Source: Raillietiella orientalis (lineage: Eukaryota). From it: a DNA stretch of 64,000 bases. Under the pieces are notes generated by a model. That model worked only from the letters and a program-made list of their open reading frames with translations. It was not told the origin of the DNA and did not search any database. The DNA lies in NCBI GenBank assembly GCA_036172245.1, contig JAYWIR010000003.1, forward strand, positions 4,154,001 through 4,218,000. Reading direction: 5' to 3'. The translations under genes and the position numbers were made by a program. Positions 1 through 12,249 of this stretch are shown here, in pieces. Position 1 is the first letter of the stretch; every line of letters begins with the position of its first letter.

Positions 1-3000
1 AGCGGTTCAGCAGTGCCGCGTCCAAGACGCCCAGATGGGCTAGATTTCTCAATGTGAGCTGCTCGGTCTCCCGGAAGCCTCCCAGAACGATGAGGAAGAA
101 TTTCCTCTGCCAGATGAGGGCTTTGCGGAAGCTTTCAGCGCGCAGGTACTTCCACTGCAGATGGCGGCATATCTGGGGAGGGGGAAGGGTGGAGCACGTT
201 AAGAAGCAGAAAGGAAACGACTATCGTGGTTACCCGCTCTTCCTGGGACTTGGGACAGCCCTCCTTTGTGATCACCTGCGTCTTCTTCTCCCTTACTGGA
301 CTGTTTGCCTCTGGAGGTTTGGTCCTCTGACAAAATCGGACGACTTCCATAGCCTGCTTAAGATGCGCCTGCTGCTGCTTCCCAGCGGCGACCTCCTCTG
401 CCAACTCCGCCTTTAGCTGGTGCACCTCCTTTTTCAGCTCCTGGACTGACTTATTCTCTTCGAACAGCTGATTCGGGGCAAATTTGGAGCCGGAGTCCTT
501 CCCTTCGCTACACACCTTTTTGCACAGAACTCCCCGTGTCTCTTCCAGGGCACGTTCACTGTGCTCCCGCAGCTCTTGCAGCATGCATACATGCTGGTCC
601 ATGTACTGAGACATCTGCTTGCGTTCCTCCAGCACAGCATTTTCTAGTTGCTCCGCCCTGGAGTTTGCAGCATTCAGCGCCGTTTGCAGCTCGACTAGGA
701 GGCTCCCGTTTATCTCGAGGGCTTCCTACAAAGAGTTGGGGTCAGCGCACACACCCCCTTTTGAGGAGTATCAGAGGCGCTGCGACCTACCTTCGCAACC
801 TGATGCCGGTCCAGACACTTCTTCTCTTCATGCACCAAGACCAGTTCGTCCTTGAGCTCGCTGATCTGCATCTGCAAGACGAGAGATACGGTCGGACATT
901 CCTGAGCGGCAGCCTCGATCACCTACCGAGAGCTCCTCTCCTTGCTTCCTCAGCGCTTCCCGAAGACTGTCACTACGTTCCTTCTCCTCATCTAGCTGCA
1001 ACCTGAAAAGGGAATTTCAAGGCCAAAGCTGAGAAGAAGACGGATGTCTGACCTGAGGATGCGTCCCTTCCCAATCTCCTCGTCCAGGCTCCGCTGGAGC
1101 TGACATAGAGACGCTTCCTTGAATGCGCATTCGGCTTTCAGGACTTTGGCTGTCACGTTGCCTTCATTGAGCGCAGCCAGCAGCTGCCGGTTGTGCGACT
1201 GCTCCCGGTCCAGGGCGTCCAGGGTATCCCGGAACACCATCCGTTCCTGCTGCACCAGGCACTCGAGCGCACTCACGCGGCTACGCATCTCCCGGGCATC
1301 GATTTGCTCCTTCAATTTCGTGATCTCTCCGGTAGCCAGAGGCAGCTGGCGTTCCAGGAACACCATCTCCGAGAGGGTGAGCACGCGAATTCCGTCCTGG
1401 TGAGTCTTGCGCAAAAGATCTTTGAGATGGGAAGGTAGGTAGTCTCCCCCGTCATCGGCGGCCTCAGAGAGTTGCTGCAGCTCGTCCATCCTGCTAAGCA
1501 GGCTGGTCTCCACCTCCGACTATAGGGGAAGAAAAAGAGGATGGAGAGGGAAAACGAGAAAAACAAGTGTTTCTCGTGTTTCTCCCACCCTCCAAAGCCT
1601 ATACCCCCTTCCTCCACCCCTTGTATTCTTCCACCTCCCTCCCTTCTCTCGGAAGAGGTGGCCGAGAAGCAGGACGTCGAAAAAGGAAGAGTACCTTTTG
1701 TGCTTCCAGCTCCTGTCTCATTTCCTGCAGTTCTGCTTTGTGGCTGGAGACCTGCTGCAGCAGCTCCTGCACGGTAGCTTCCTGAAGAGAGACACTGCTG
1801 ACAACCGTCAAAAAGGACAAGGGAGGTATAGGAAGGTGGGGGAGGGGGGGAGAACGCCGTATGTGGGTATTGCAAGGTGCAGATGATTCAGTAGCCCGAG
1901 AAGCAGGATAGGGAGATTGGGGACGAGCTGCACAGTGAGAGGGGAAGATGCGAGCAAGAAGTGTTCAAAATAATCCCTCACGAAACAGCAAGCTTTTTCT
2001 CGGCTTGCACCATTGCAAGGCAGCTGCCGGTTAGGTTCTGGCGAAGGGTGAAAGCTGCAGATCGCAGCTCCCACGCTTTCTTTCCCTTCCGCGCAGGGAG
2101 GGGGGGAAGCAGCCATGTTTCGCACCCGTTCTCCCAGTGGGTTAAGGAAGTCGGAAAGAAAGTGGTAGGTGGAGAACAGCGTAGTCGCAGTTGTCCTGAT
2201 GACCCCCGGAAGAGCACCTTCTCCTGCAGCAGAGCGCGCAGCTCCATCACCACCGCGTTGGTATCCTCAATGTCACGTTCGCTGCCCCAGCTTCCTGCCG
2301 TTTCCAGAAACTCCGGACCCGTTTCCACGTAGACGTCGCGGAATCTCCGCTGGTCCGTGCAAGAGGGACCGTCCTCTCTCTTCAGGAAGGTCAGGTGGCG
2401 AAGCATTGCCCAAGTTTCGTCAGAAGGAGAGACGAGTTTTCCGGGCGACACGGTCGGGGAAGCTCCGGGTGGAAATTCTGTTGTCTCTGCCAGCGGGCTG
2501 TCCGGTTCTTCCTCTTCCTCCTCTAACACCTGGGATTTTTCATTAAGAGGAGAACTTGCCAGAGGACGGAGGGGGGGGGGAAAGAGAGGGCGTCAGGAGC
2601 TCACCTCCGATGGCAGCAGCAAGGGCAACTGAGACGGTGTGCGCAGCGCACACTCGCTGCCGCCGCTGCGGAGTTCCTCGTAGGTTTCCCTCAACAGCGC
2701 TTCGGAGATCTCTGGAACAGGCGAGCAGGTAGCATCCTGGGAAGGAAAACGAGAGTCTTTTTTGCATTCTGGCTTCTCACCCCCTCTCTACCCAGGTTTC
2801 TTACAATTAGTTCTTTCTGCTGCTGCTGCTGCCAGGAAGAAGATGCATCCAGACGGCTCAGCAATGAGGAAATCTCCAAGTTCTTCTCTTGCAAGGCGAA
2901 GCGCAGCAACGCCTGATCTCCTCCGTCGTCGGTCAGCCGGTGCACCTCCTCCTATGGGGGATCATGAAAGAAGTAGCAGATGCTGAAAGAGGGCAGAGAA

Positions 3001-5875
3001 TCGACGAGATGAGAGGCGGAGGAAGAAAAAGAAAGAAAAAGGATGTTATGGGATGAAGGTCGAAGAGAGTGGGACAGCGAAGAAAGGGCAGAGTGCAAAA
3101 CGGATGGCCGAGAGTGAAGGGATGAGATGCAACCCCTGAATGCGAACAGGGGGGAGGATGAGACATGAGCGGAAATGGTAAATGTCTGAAGGAAAACGGT
3201 GAAGAAACCGCCTACCTTGAGCATCTCGTTCTGTTCGTTCGCGTAGGCCAGCTGCTGGAGCAACATCTCAGACGACCTCTCGGCATCGCCCGCCCCTTCT
3301 TGCCAACCCCGATCCTGACGCTGCTCGCAGGCCTTCAGGCACTCCCTGAGGCTCGCTACATCGTAAGCGAGCTCCTCAACCTGAGTGAGGACGGAGTGAA
3401 GAAAGGTGCGGCAGCCGGTGCCAGTGGCGGACTGACCTTGCTCTTCTCCGCCTTCAACTCCTCGGTACACTGTCGCAGCGAGGCCCTTAGCCTCTCCTCT
3501 TCTTCTGAGCGCTCGTCGCGGACCGCCGCGAGGTGGCGCCGGGATTCCGCCTGAAGCTTTAGTTCGGAAACGAGTAGCAGCTGCTCGTTGAGCTGCTCCT
3601 GAAGGATGCTCTTCTCCGCTCGCAACTCCTACGGCCGGCGCCAGTCTTCGTCGAGGGCTCATGCGTGCGGGGAATACCTCCTGCTCCTTCCTGCTGCTCC
3701 TCAGCTGCACCTCCAGCTCCCGGGCCACCCTGACAGCTCTCTCCTGAGCGGTCGACAACAACTCCAGCTTATCCTCCAATCTCCGCAGCTCTTCCAGGCC
3801 GGGGCACGGCAGCTCATCTGCCGACGACTCAAGGGATACGTTGCTGTTGAATGGATGCTGATCTCTGGAAGAGGAGGCGTCTCCGCAAATGGAGCGGGGA
3901 ATAGGGGACTGCGACAATTACCGGACGGATACAGCAGCGTCATCGGTCATTGTCGCCGTCGTGGGCGATGATAACTCCGTGGCAGCGGACACATCGAGCT
4001 CCAGGTCCTGGAGCTCGCGAACCTTCCTGTCCATCCTCGCTTCCAGTAGCATCAACTGCCCCAATTTTGCCTTCACGAGACCACCGCCGCTTCCAGGAAA
4101 GGGGAGGTTACCTTAGTGTGGATCTCCTGCACTACGCCGGGCAACGACCGTAGGGCATCCAGCTGCTGCGTCTTGCTTGACAGCTGCTCCTCGAGCTGAC
4201 TGATATGCAGGCGGAGGTCGCTGCCGACCGGTTGCGAAAGGACGGCCTCGAGCTGCTCGAAGAGAGCAGATGGAAGAGAGGAAAAAGTCAGAAATGCATA
4301 CACCTCGTCCTGGCCGACCGATTACCCCAACTCTGCCAAACCCTTACCTGAGTCTCCAGGTCCTCGTGGGCCCGCATCTGCTCCCTCAGTTCCTTCTGAA
4401 GACGGTCGACTTCCTGCTGCAACTTCCCTTCGGCTGCCGTCTTGGTGTCTACCTCATCTTCCAGGGAGCGGATGATGTCCCGCAGATCCCTGATCTGGAC
4501 AGGGCGAGAGATGTTGACGGAGTGAAGGTCAAAGAGAACAGGGGGAGGATGAGAAGGGTCGATGTTGAAGTATAAGTGGACCGCAGACAAGGAGACAGGG
4601 TCGAAGTTGGGAAAGGGGCGAAAGACAGGACTTGACGCTGGAAGGGGATGAGCGTAGGAGGCAGAAGAAATGGGAGAGGAGGACACAAGGAAGCTAAGAA
4701 GGTGAGAAGAGGTACGGGACAACAAAGCTGCTAACCTTGCCAACGGTGGTGTGCAGATTGTTCTCCAGTTGGTGGACCCTGTCCTGAAGCACAACAACTC
4801 TAGCGCTGTGATAGTTGATCTGCTGTTCAGCCTGCTCCAGCTGGAAGGGAGAGGAAGGAGGAGGATCATAGGACAGGTCTCCAAAGCCACTACCTCGAGC
4901 TGCAGACTGCTGCTCTCGTACGACTTCTCCTTGTCCTTCTGCAGGAGTGCATCCTCTAGACGTCGCACTTTCGCCAGGAACTTGTCTCTCTCCAGCTCAC
5001 GTTCCTGGGCCTGTTCATCCAGAAAATTCCGGAGGGCGCGTATCTGCTTGTCAGCAGCCTCAACCTGGAGAGGGAGAGGAGCATAAGAAGCAATCACAGG
5101 ATGATTGTCCTTCTCCCCGTTGTCCTTCATTGAGGAGACAGGAAGGTCGGAGCAAAGAAGCGAATGCTTCACCCGCACTTGAACCCACCTGCTCCTTCAA
5201 AGCTTCCACCGTCTGTGGTCGCGAGCATAGGTGGCAGTCCATAGTCTTCACAAACTCTTCAATCAGAGTCCCCAACTGTTGGGCGCGGGAGGGTTCCAAA
5301 GGGTCGCTTCCGTGGTCACGGATTGCCTCGTCCAGTAGGGCCTTGCCTGAAGACAGGTCCTTTCCCCTCTTTCTCTTCCGCGGCGCACACCGGAAGCAAC
5401 TCACAGTTCCTGTAGAAACCATTCAACAGCTCCTCGTCCGGATGAGCACAGCCGTTCTCCGAGGACACAGCCAAGGCGGTTGTAGGGTGGAAGATGAAGT
5501 CGCCTTGCTCGACTGCGAAGGAGTCGTGCACCGCCGTGCCACCACTCTTCCTGCTGCCACGACTCTCGTGGCCTTCTTGCTCGGGGATTTCTTCCCCTGC
5601 TCGCATCAGGATGCGCCTGGTGGAGTTTTGGACTGCCTGACGGAAGCTGCCGATCTCTTCCGATAGGGCGGCACGGTTCTGTAGTGCATTTTTCCGCAAG
5701 ACCTGCAGCATCTTTTCGAACGAAGGCCGCAGATGAGCAGAGTTCTGCCCGTTGCGGACCGAGGGGACGTCCGGAGGTGAGAAGAGTCGCTCTTCGGAAA
5801 TGACGGGCTCATCTCCTTCATCAGATACTGCAGAGAGAGCTACCGAGGTCGCAGATGTCTTCGGGACGGCGACAG
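1..5875 (-). CDS. Pericentrin/AKAP9 (pericentrin-like protein, PLP) family centrosomal coiled-coil protein; multi-exon, partial at both ends
   Basis: Phase-compatible GT-AG exons traced on the minus strand: 5409-5189, 5064-4894, 4840-4736, 4494-4348, 4252-4112, 4070-3922, 3864-3678, 3628-3437, 3380-3216, an exon starting at 2951, and further exons (e.g. ~1512-1050). VEAADKQIRALRNFLDEQAQERELERDKF matches the PCNT/AKAP9/PLP block 'F(L/M)DEQAxxRExERxxF'. IRDLRDIIRSLE, ILQEQLNEQLLLVSEL and LKDLLRKTHQDGIRVLTLSE match other family blocks as I recall them. The most 5' exon seen is preceded by CTGAC, a pyrimidine tract and AG (~5876-5920), so more exons lie upstream. The C-terminal PACT domain would lie left of the window. 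Confidence 0.8.
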
Positions 5876-6599
5876 CTGGCGCGCTCGAGGACAAGGCCGA
5901 ATAAAAGGTCAAAAGGTCAGTCAGAAGATCCGCCAGCAAGTGCTCCAGGGATTGGTTCCTCCTACAAGACCACCAAGGCATATCATTCAGAGCGCCGAAC
6001 CCTCTCGCGAGATGTGCCCCAGACCCTGATTCCATTCCGTTAGGGAAACTGTGCAAGAGTGGCGACCCGTATTTCTATCGACTATTTACACAAGATAGCG
6101 CAGCTACTCTAGCAAATCACATGGTCCGAAAACGAAACTTGCGAGGTCCGTTCCTGCCAATTCCGACAGAGAGCCCTAAAACTGCCCACGAGAGCATCAT
6201 CATGCTGAGTGGCAGGACAAACCCAGCCACAAGCACGGCCTGCTTTTGAAATGGACACGAGAGGTCCCTGGACAGCATGCACTCCGTGGTTCACTTCTGA
6301 AGCGCGAAGAGAAAAACAAAGTTGAGGCTACAAGAATCCATCGCCAGCTTGGCGGAATTTTGCGGGCATAATGTGTCCAAAAAGGTGCATCAAAGTGAGA
6401 TGCGAGGGTCTGGGAGAAGGCCGACAGAAGAAACCGCACTGTCAGCGAAAGAGAATCGGGGCACGCTTTGACATCTTTCGCCAGACAAGGACCGAAAATG
6501 CGCCCACTCCGTGCAACACCAATGTTGAAGATCTCTTAGCAGATAGGAGAAACGGAAGGTGCCCGTAGAGCGCTGTCGTCTCCTTAGTTATCTTTCATG

Positions 6600-9500
6600 A
6601 TAACTACATGACCTTGTGATCAGATCAGCGGTTCCTTAACAGTGCCTTGCCAACAGGGTTCCCGGAAAATCTACGTACTTCAGATAAGCCTGGTTGCTAC
6701 GCGACCACTCGTCTTGGAACAGTACGCGAACATGTCGTCTGTTCCATGGGAGCGAAGGGAAGCAGGAATAGGTGCTGCGACAATTCCCGCCTTCCCGGCC
6801 CGATTCCGATGCGCCTTTGCTACTTTACAAAGAAGGCGAAAGTTTCTTGCTTTCTGCTTGAGATCATCGCATCTCATCAATGGCGAGAGTCCGCAGAGCG
6901 TGACTGTGCGCGATTTCGCAAAACGTGGGACAGAGTGGCTGGAACCACAGGATTTACCCAGCGGCTGCTTTGTTCACGCCCACCACAGCTGATTATCCAC
7001 AGCACACGAGTCTTCATTGTCCCACAATATGGACAAGAGGATCTTCCGTGCCTACTGCAATGCCTGGAATCGCCCACGTGGGTGCTCCCTTGGAAACGGG
7101 AGTTTCACGCACGGTAGCACCTGCTGCCGACAAGAAATCTTGCAGCGGTTGCAGAATCGGGTCACTTCCTGTTTCCCCAAGATATGGACGATCCTTTCTC
7201 TTGGCCCGCTGGCGATTGGGATGCCGTACGCGCGAACAGACGAAGGTCGCGCGCGCACGCCCACTGGTGCTCCTGGGAGTGTTGGTTTCCTGTTCTTCCG
7301 AGCAACTTTCGTTTTCTTCGTAAAGCAGCAAATACACAGTGGGAATTCCCGGGAAGGCGGGAATGTTCTTCCCTCCCTCGCCTCCATACGGAGGAGGCGG
7401 AATCCTACAGTAGCAGAGCGGTCGATGTTTCGGTGCTGAATCTGGAAGGTAGACAACGGCTGGATTCTCGAAAGGCGTTCGTCCCTTCCGCGCACCGGTT
7501 CGCTTATGCGGAACAACTCGAAGAAGAAGAAGAAGAGAAACTTCTCTCGGTTAGAAAAAAGTTCTTGGATTTCATTGTTAACACTTCATCAAAAAGCCCA
7601 GGAACTAAAGGGCTGAACTGCATCAGAGGTGAATCACGGAACAGCATTCTCGCGGCGTGGTTCTTGCAAAGCGCTAAAGCGAGGTCTGGTTATGAGTGGT
7701 CACGTCGTATCTCCCGGAGCGGCGCGCATTTCTAAGGACGGCTGCTTTGCTGTGCTTCTGGAGAAAGACAAGACCCGGCGAACCTTCGCTTCTTAGACGA
7801 AAAGCATCCATCTCCCCATTAGCGGCGTGGGAGCCAGCATTACTAGCGACGCGGAGATGCTGGTGTTTTACAGATATGAGCGCGTTCTAGTCACTCTTCC
7901 CCTTCGCGGCCGGTGAGCCATCGTGCTCCAGAAACGAGTATTAGAAAAGAGCGCATCTTCAAAACAGAACAACTGACCCCAGCACGAATGTACGTGATAT
8001 CTTCCGTCGTTAGAGAACCCCGACCTGGGGTTCTTTAACAACAGATTCTTGGCTGGGCGGCTGAAAGTCCCAATTTGTCACACTGCTTAGAGTCATTTGC
8101 TAACGACAACCAGGACACATCCGCGCTCGTTTTGTTACAAGAAGAGCAGGCTAGAAATCCATCATGCCTCACATGCTCAACACGCGCTCCAATGGGCGGT
8201 GCGTTGATCGTGCGAAGGACCGAACGTGCGAGTAGCAAAACGTAGCATTCGGTTTCGACCTCGTTCTGCGCTTCCAGGGGCAAACGGAAGAAACGACTCG
8301 CTGCTAGGTCCTTCCGGTCAGAAGTCTCTACTTCCATCCTCCAGAGGCACTTTTCTGACTCTTAACCGGTCTTTTCACTCAGCAAGGAGAACGGTCTGTC
8401 TTAAGGGGCAGGAAAATGCTTCAGATCTCGAGTGTATTCAAATATGCTGGAAGGGTATCACGTCTCTATAGTGTGTCGCGCACATCAATGGCGTGCTCCT
8501 CGAGAGCTCTCTGGATTTGGGTTCCAGCATGAAGCGCCATCGACAATTTCCCGGAAAACTGGAAAGCACAGCCACGCCGGGAACACGAGGTGCCCCGACT
8601 GTGCGGGAAGTTTGCAGACCGACAACGTACATCCCCACACCACCTCCGGCATCCAGCCGGTTCGGTAAGGAACGCTTTCGGCTAAATCCATAAACAAAAG
8701 AAGCCAGACGACACCCCGGCATGAATCTGTGCGCGGACGCACGACGCCTGCAAGAAAGCTGCACCTCAATGAATCCAGCCAGAACAACAAGAACAAAACA
8801 AAGGCGTTCAGCTATAGCAAGAGGCCAGTTATGGTCAAGAGGAAATCGGTGAATTCTTCAGGAGCTCCTCAAAAGGTGTTTTGGATGGTGCACCAGTGAA
8901 GCACTTGGAATGACACGATGTGTCCAGGAGCAGCGCAGAATTTCCGGAGAACCAATCTCGCTCAAGCACAGGAGAACGGGATGAGACTATGAGAACAAGG
9001 GAAAGCATCCGTTAATGCAACGGCTCCCTACGGTTAACAAAAAAAGAAGCGCATTACACCTGAAAAGCATTTAAGCGAAGAACAAAGCGCCCTACGAGGC
9101 AGATTTCCGCACTTGGATCGAAACAGAAACTGGGATCTTGTTGAACTCGCGTCATAGGTGCGACCCAACTTCCCTAAGATAAAGCCAAGCAGTGAACTCT
9201 TCCGCTTCTATCCCACGTCTTCTTGTGCTGCAGAGCAACCACCCATCGAGAAGTTGGCAGAAGAAGGTCTTCACGAGCATTTGCATGTTTTCGGACTTGT
9301 CCTCTGTCCCGCTCCTTCCGTCGGAACTCGAGCGGATGATTCGCACTGCCTCAACGGCGCACAGAGAAATCAAGAAACAGGAAGCACTGAGATCTAAGCA
9401 TCATGATACGAGATACAGACACAAAATATGCTCTGAATGTTGAGGAAACCGATCTCAACACCACAGAAGTAAAGGAACTTAAACGACACAGCAGTGCACC

Positions 9501-12150
9501 TTCTACGAAATGGCATCATGCTGAGTGATGACATAACCTGGGAGGACAAGCGACAACCAACCGCAGACGTTGCCACCCAAGGAACGCTGAAGGTCGATTG
9601 CTTACTTGGACTGAATATCAGGAAGATCTTTTCTTCCCATGCCTCGAGCTTGAAACGGGAAATAGTCCTTTCTTCTCTGGCAGGAAAGCAGCACTTCCAC
9701 AGTGCCGGTTGCTTTCATGCGATGGACTGCTCCCAAACTGTGTGCGTCTTTTTCTTTTTGAAGGCACGTACTCAAGAGTGTTCCGAACAGAGTTATGATT
9801 TTATTATGCGCGTGTCCTTGACGGGCGTTGCAATATGAATTCAGTCCTCAACGTATGGTATGATCTTGATATGCAAAGTTCATAATGGCATCGGCGTGCT
9901 CTCGTTTCTGAATGGCGAGTCCTTGGATTGGCAGGGTTATCCGAACCAAAGTACTGGCTGACTGACAGATCCTCGATTTTTCGATTCTTTATCTATCCTC
10001 CGTCAGGTTTCGGGAAGGATCCCCGCCGTCATTAGACCCGACGGTTTCGACGATTTCAATGCAGGGGCGGAGACATGACGAGGCAACGGAACAAGTAGGC
10101 AGTGAGTGATGGGAACGAAGATGCCACCGAGGAGGAAGCCCGCAGAAGGTAAACAGGAAACTCGAGCCACACCAATGTTAATTTACTGCGAACAGCAAAG
10201 GCTAGCAGCAAAGAGCAAAAAGCAGTTTCGGGGTACCTTGGTTTGTTGTTTACGCTTTTGCTTTCCGCCAGCGTTCGGGCTACTCGGCCTAGGAAACGAG
10301 TTATTTACAAAGAACTCTTGCTATTGTAGCGTTATTAATGCGATGCCCGGTTAGTACGCAGCTCCGGGCAGCAATTCAAAGATCCCCTCCTCATCATCAT
10401 CATAAACGGCTCGTTTCGATTAGCATGTTTTCCAAGATCACCCCGCATCGCGTGCGATTAGCAGCGCAAGAACGGGAGCCGGAAAGAGCCGCTGCTGCAC
10501 TTTGATCTTAGCCAAAAGGCAGAGAGAAGCAAGAAGCTGCTGATGCTGATGCTGATGCTGCATGCGCGAGGGGCGCGGGGTGAAATTTGCGGCACCGATC
10601 TGCTCGTCGCCTGATGCGGATGTTGCCGCAATCGGAGGGATCTTAAAACAATTACAGTCCCCTCCTCCTCCCCAAACTGCCCTAATGCTAGCAAATGGGG
10701 TTTTCCAAAGGGAAGGCAACAGCACCGGCACATCATTGCGAACGGTGAATAGGAGACATCCTTCAACTTTTCGGATTGCTCGTTCCACCTAAAGTCCGAA
10801 TTTCACGCTCCGTAAGTAAAAAAAAAAAAAAAAATTCCAGATGCTTTCCCGGACACTGGATGCAAATCGTGGAGGCTGAGAGTTTGCACTTTTCTAAACA
10901 TTATTGTCAACTATTTGAGAATCTGATCACTGGGCGGATGAACCAAAGCCAGTCCCCTTGGACACGTGAAGATGAGGACACGCACAAAAAGAAATCAAAG
11001 CCAGGAGGACACCAGACGTGACGAACAAAGCGAGGGAAAAAAGAAGCAACCCGTGTGATGAAAGTCCACGCTCGCTCGGGAGCTGATATCTTCTAAACAA
11101 AGACGTGCGATTCTAAAAGAACGCTCCTGTAAGATTGTCCTGGGAATAAACCGTACCGCGCATCGAAGAGAGTGCTAAGAGTTCTCGGTTGTTTGTCGCC
11201 AGAGAAGTCTCCACTTACGTCTCTTCGGAGACGAGGCTGAGCACAAAGAGCTCACAGAGAGTGGTTACAGCCGACTAGGCGTTATCGCTACCAAGGTGTG
11301 AGGATGGTCCTCATGCTTGGTGTAAACCTGCTTCGAACTAGCCCTTCCCTCACTTGCCCACGCCATTACGGAAGTGATTGGACCTTCGGCGCACGTTCCT
11401 TACGCCGTATTGGGATACCGAGCAAGCGGCATTTCCCCCAGGTAAACCTCCCAAACTAGGACTACACTTCTGGAACATCGAAGAGTGCAGGACTGTGTGT
11501 ATTGCGCCTTGCTCCCGCATGAGACCCGACGGATGGTGCACAGGGTCACCCGCGTTGCCTGCGCTCCGCTTCGCGAAGGTAGCTTGTGGAAGGGCCTTAT
11601 CATCTGTTTCGTACTGAGATTTTTTTTGGCTGGTGTTGTTGTTGTTCCCCAGGATCCAAAGAAAAAAAAAAAAAATTGCGGAAAGATCTCGCAGTTCGTC
11701 GAGGATTTTGAAGCTGCAGCTGCCGCAACGGCTCCCGTCGGAAGAAGAGAGCAAGGTTCAGGAAGGAGGCATCGCGCGAAAACCGGTAGCTACAAATTGC
11801 AACGAAGACGAGTAGGGCGGCACAGCTCACAAAATGAGTGCACAGAAATTGTGGCGATCAAAGGTACAAATGAAGACTTAAATCTTGTACAGTGGATGAA
11901 GGCAGAACCAATAGCATGTGAGTTCACGTGTTTATACGTAAAAACGGATACACGATTGCGCAAGATTAGAAAGATGTCCTTGTTTAAGTTAGAAGTACCT
12001 TTTTTTCTTTTCACAGCAAATTAAAATCGTCCCTCTCCCCCCACCCCTTTAAATCGGAAAACTGGAAGACGAATGTCACAACCCCGCAATTTTTGTTGTT
12101 TACTGTGAAATGTACGTAGATCAATCGGAATCAGTCCGGAAGTACCACGA
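6600..12150 (-). mobile_element. Decayed L1/Tx1-type non-LTR retrotransposon 'A' (ORF1 + ORF2 relics)
   Basis: Degenerate motifs in canonical order across frames. ORF1: LNKDIFLIL (~11980) and HHPSG..LHSSMFQKC knuckle relic (~11540-11400). Endonuclease: GIALI (~10340), FLLGGIF (GGDFN-like, ~10125). RT: AWEEK (~9640), NWPL..LNA (NWRPISLLN-like, ~8830), RFMPGCR (~8720), MDLAES (LDxEKAF-like, ~8685), SCPLRQ (QGCPLSP-like, ~8405). C-terminus: CPYCG...C (~7030) and RLLCKVAKAHRNR (~6830). Boundaries approximate. Confidence 0.7.
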
Positions 12151-12249
12151 GAACAAACGAGTCGAAGCTGCAGAGTGGAATCCACCGAAAGATGGTTCCA
12201 CAAAATGCTTCTACTTGGAAAGCCACCGGCGCGACCCATTCATGGCCTT

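Noticed and set aside
7170..7190. YLGETG on the minus strand, resembling a GIY-YIG (Penelope) motif
   Set aside because: No upstream GxxY or downstream R..EH; it lies within the ORF2 C-terminal region of element A.
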